In this document: positions 18,827 to 19,207 of the stretch, one piece after another
Layout: every line of letters starts with the position of its first letter
How positions within the stretch are numbered: the first letter of the stretch is position 1
NCBI RefSeq assembly: GCF_006345805.1
Contig: NW_021824443.1
Coordinates: forward strand, 1-19,207
Direction of reading: 5' to 3'
Source: Octopus sinensis
Lineage: Eukaryota
Length of the DNA: 19,207 nt
Position numbers and translations under genes: made by a program
Notes under the pieces: model-generated
Told to the model about the DNA's origin: nothing
Database searches by the model: none
Seen by the model: only the letters and a program-made list of their open reading frames with translations

Positions 18827-19207
18827 TTTAGAATAAATTTTGGCTGGCCACATGCTTAGAGGCATGGTTGTGAAAGAAAGTATCTTGTTTACTTTGTGAA
18901 CCTTTAAATCTTAAGAAGCTCTTGCAGATTTTTATTCTCTCAGATACTGTGATCATGAGACACGTATGAATTCAGGAATTGCATTCTCTGTCCAAGAACC
19001 CAAGTTCAGCCATATTTTGCTCCAGTCGGGTTGTTATGTATCCAGTTGATCCAATAATTAATAGGTTTGAATTGAAAGTGCTTTTCAGTCTTGGATTTAC
19101 CAATTTCTTATCAATGGTCCGTAGACATTTCTTTCTCCTGTATTTTCCCGATCGTATTGGCATCCAACATCAGCAGATTTACACAGGAATGCATATTTTG
19201 TTCTAGT
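18827..19207 (-). pseudogene. Decayed APE endonuclease region of an RTE-like LINE; runs off the window end
   Basis: Motifs in the expected order across frameshifts and stops: LLMLDANTIGK (19144-19176, cf. GDFNAKVG), NSNLLIIGST (19044-19073, cf. NNLVIGST), and a VH about 56 codons later (18896-18901) where SDH is expected. Confidence 0.55.

Overview
AT-rich, repeat-saturated eukaryotic DNA, most likely intronic or intergenic sequence from a coleoid cephalopod (Octopus-like; inferred from the SINE types and the microsatellite load, not from a database hit). No complete host gene, tRNA or rRNA gene, or CRISPR array is supported. Almost all ORF-track entries are artefacts of microsatellites or SINEs. 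Supported content: (1) about 15 tRNA-derived SINE copies or fragments from several modular families, labelled A-E here, some with clear target-site duplications (TSDs); (2) three copies of a non-autonomous Helitron (5'-TC...hairpin-CTAG-3', inserted between A and T) carrying a variable-number ~100-bp internal tandem repeat; (3) a frameshifted CR1-type LINE 3' end and a decayed RTE-like endonuclease relic split by one of the Helitrons; (4) two fold-back structures that the repeats do not explain, a perfect 24-bp inverted repeat enclosing smaller hairpins (3333-3492) and a ~395-bp long-arm palindrome (12672-13066); (5) large compound microsatellites; (6) a few weak exon or promoter candidates. 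I see no evidence strong enough to claim a new biological system. The best leads are the Helitron-minisatellite family and the two fold-backs.
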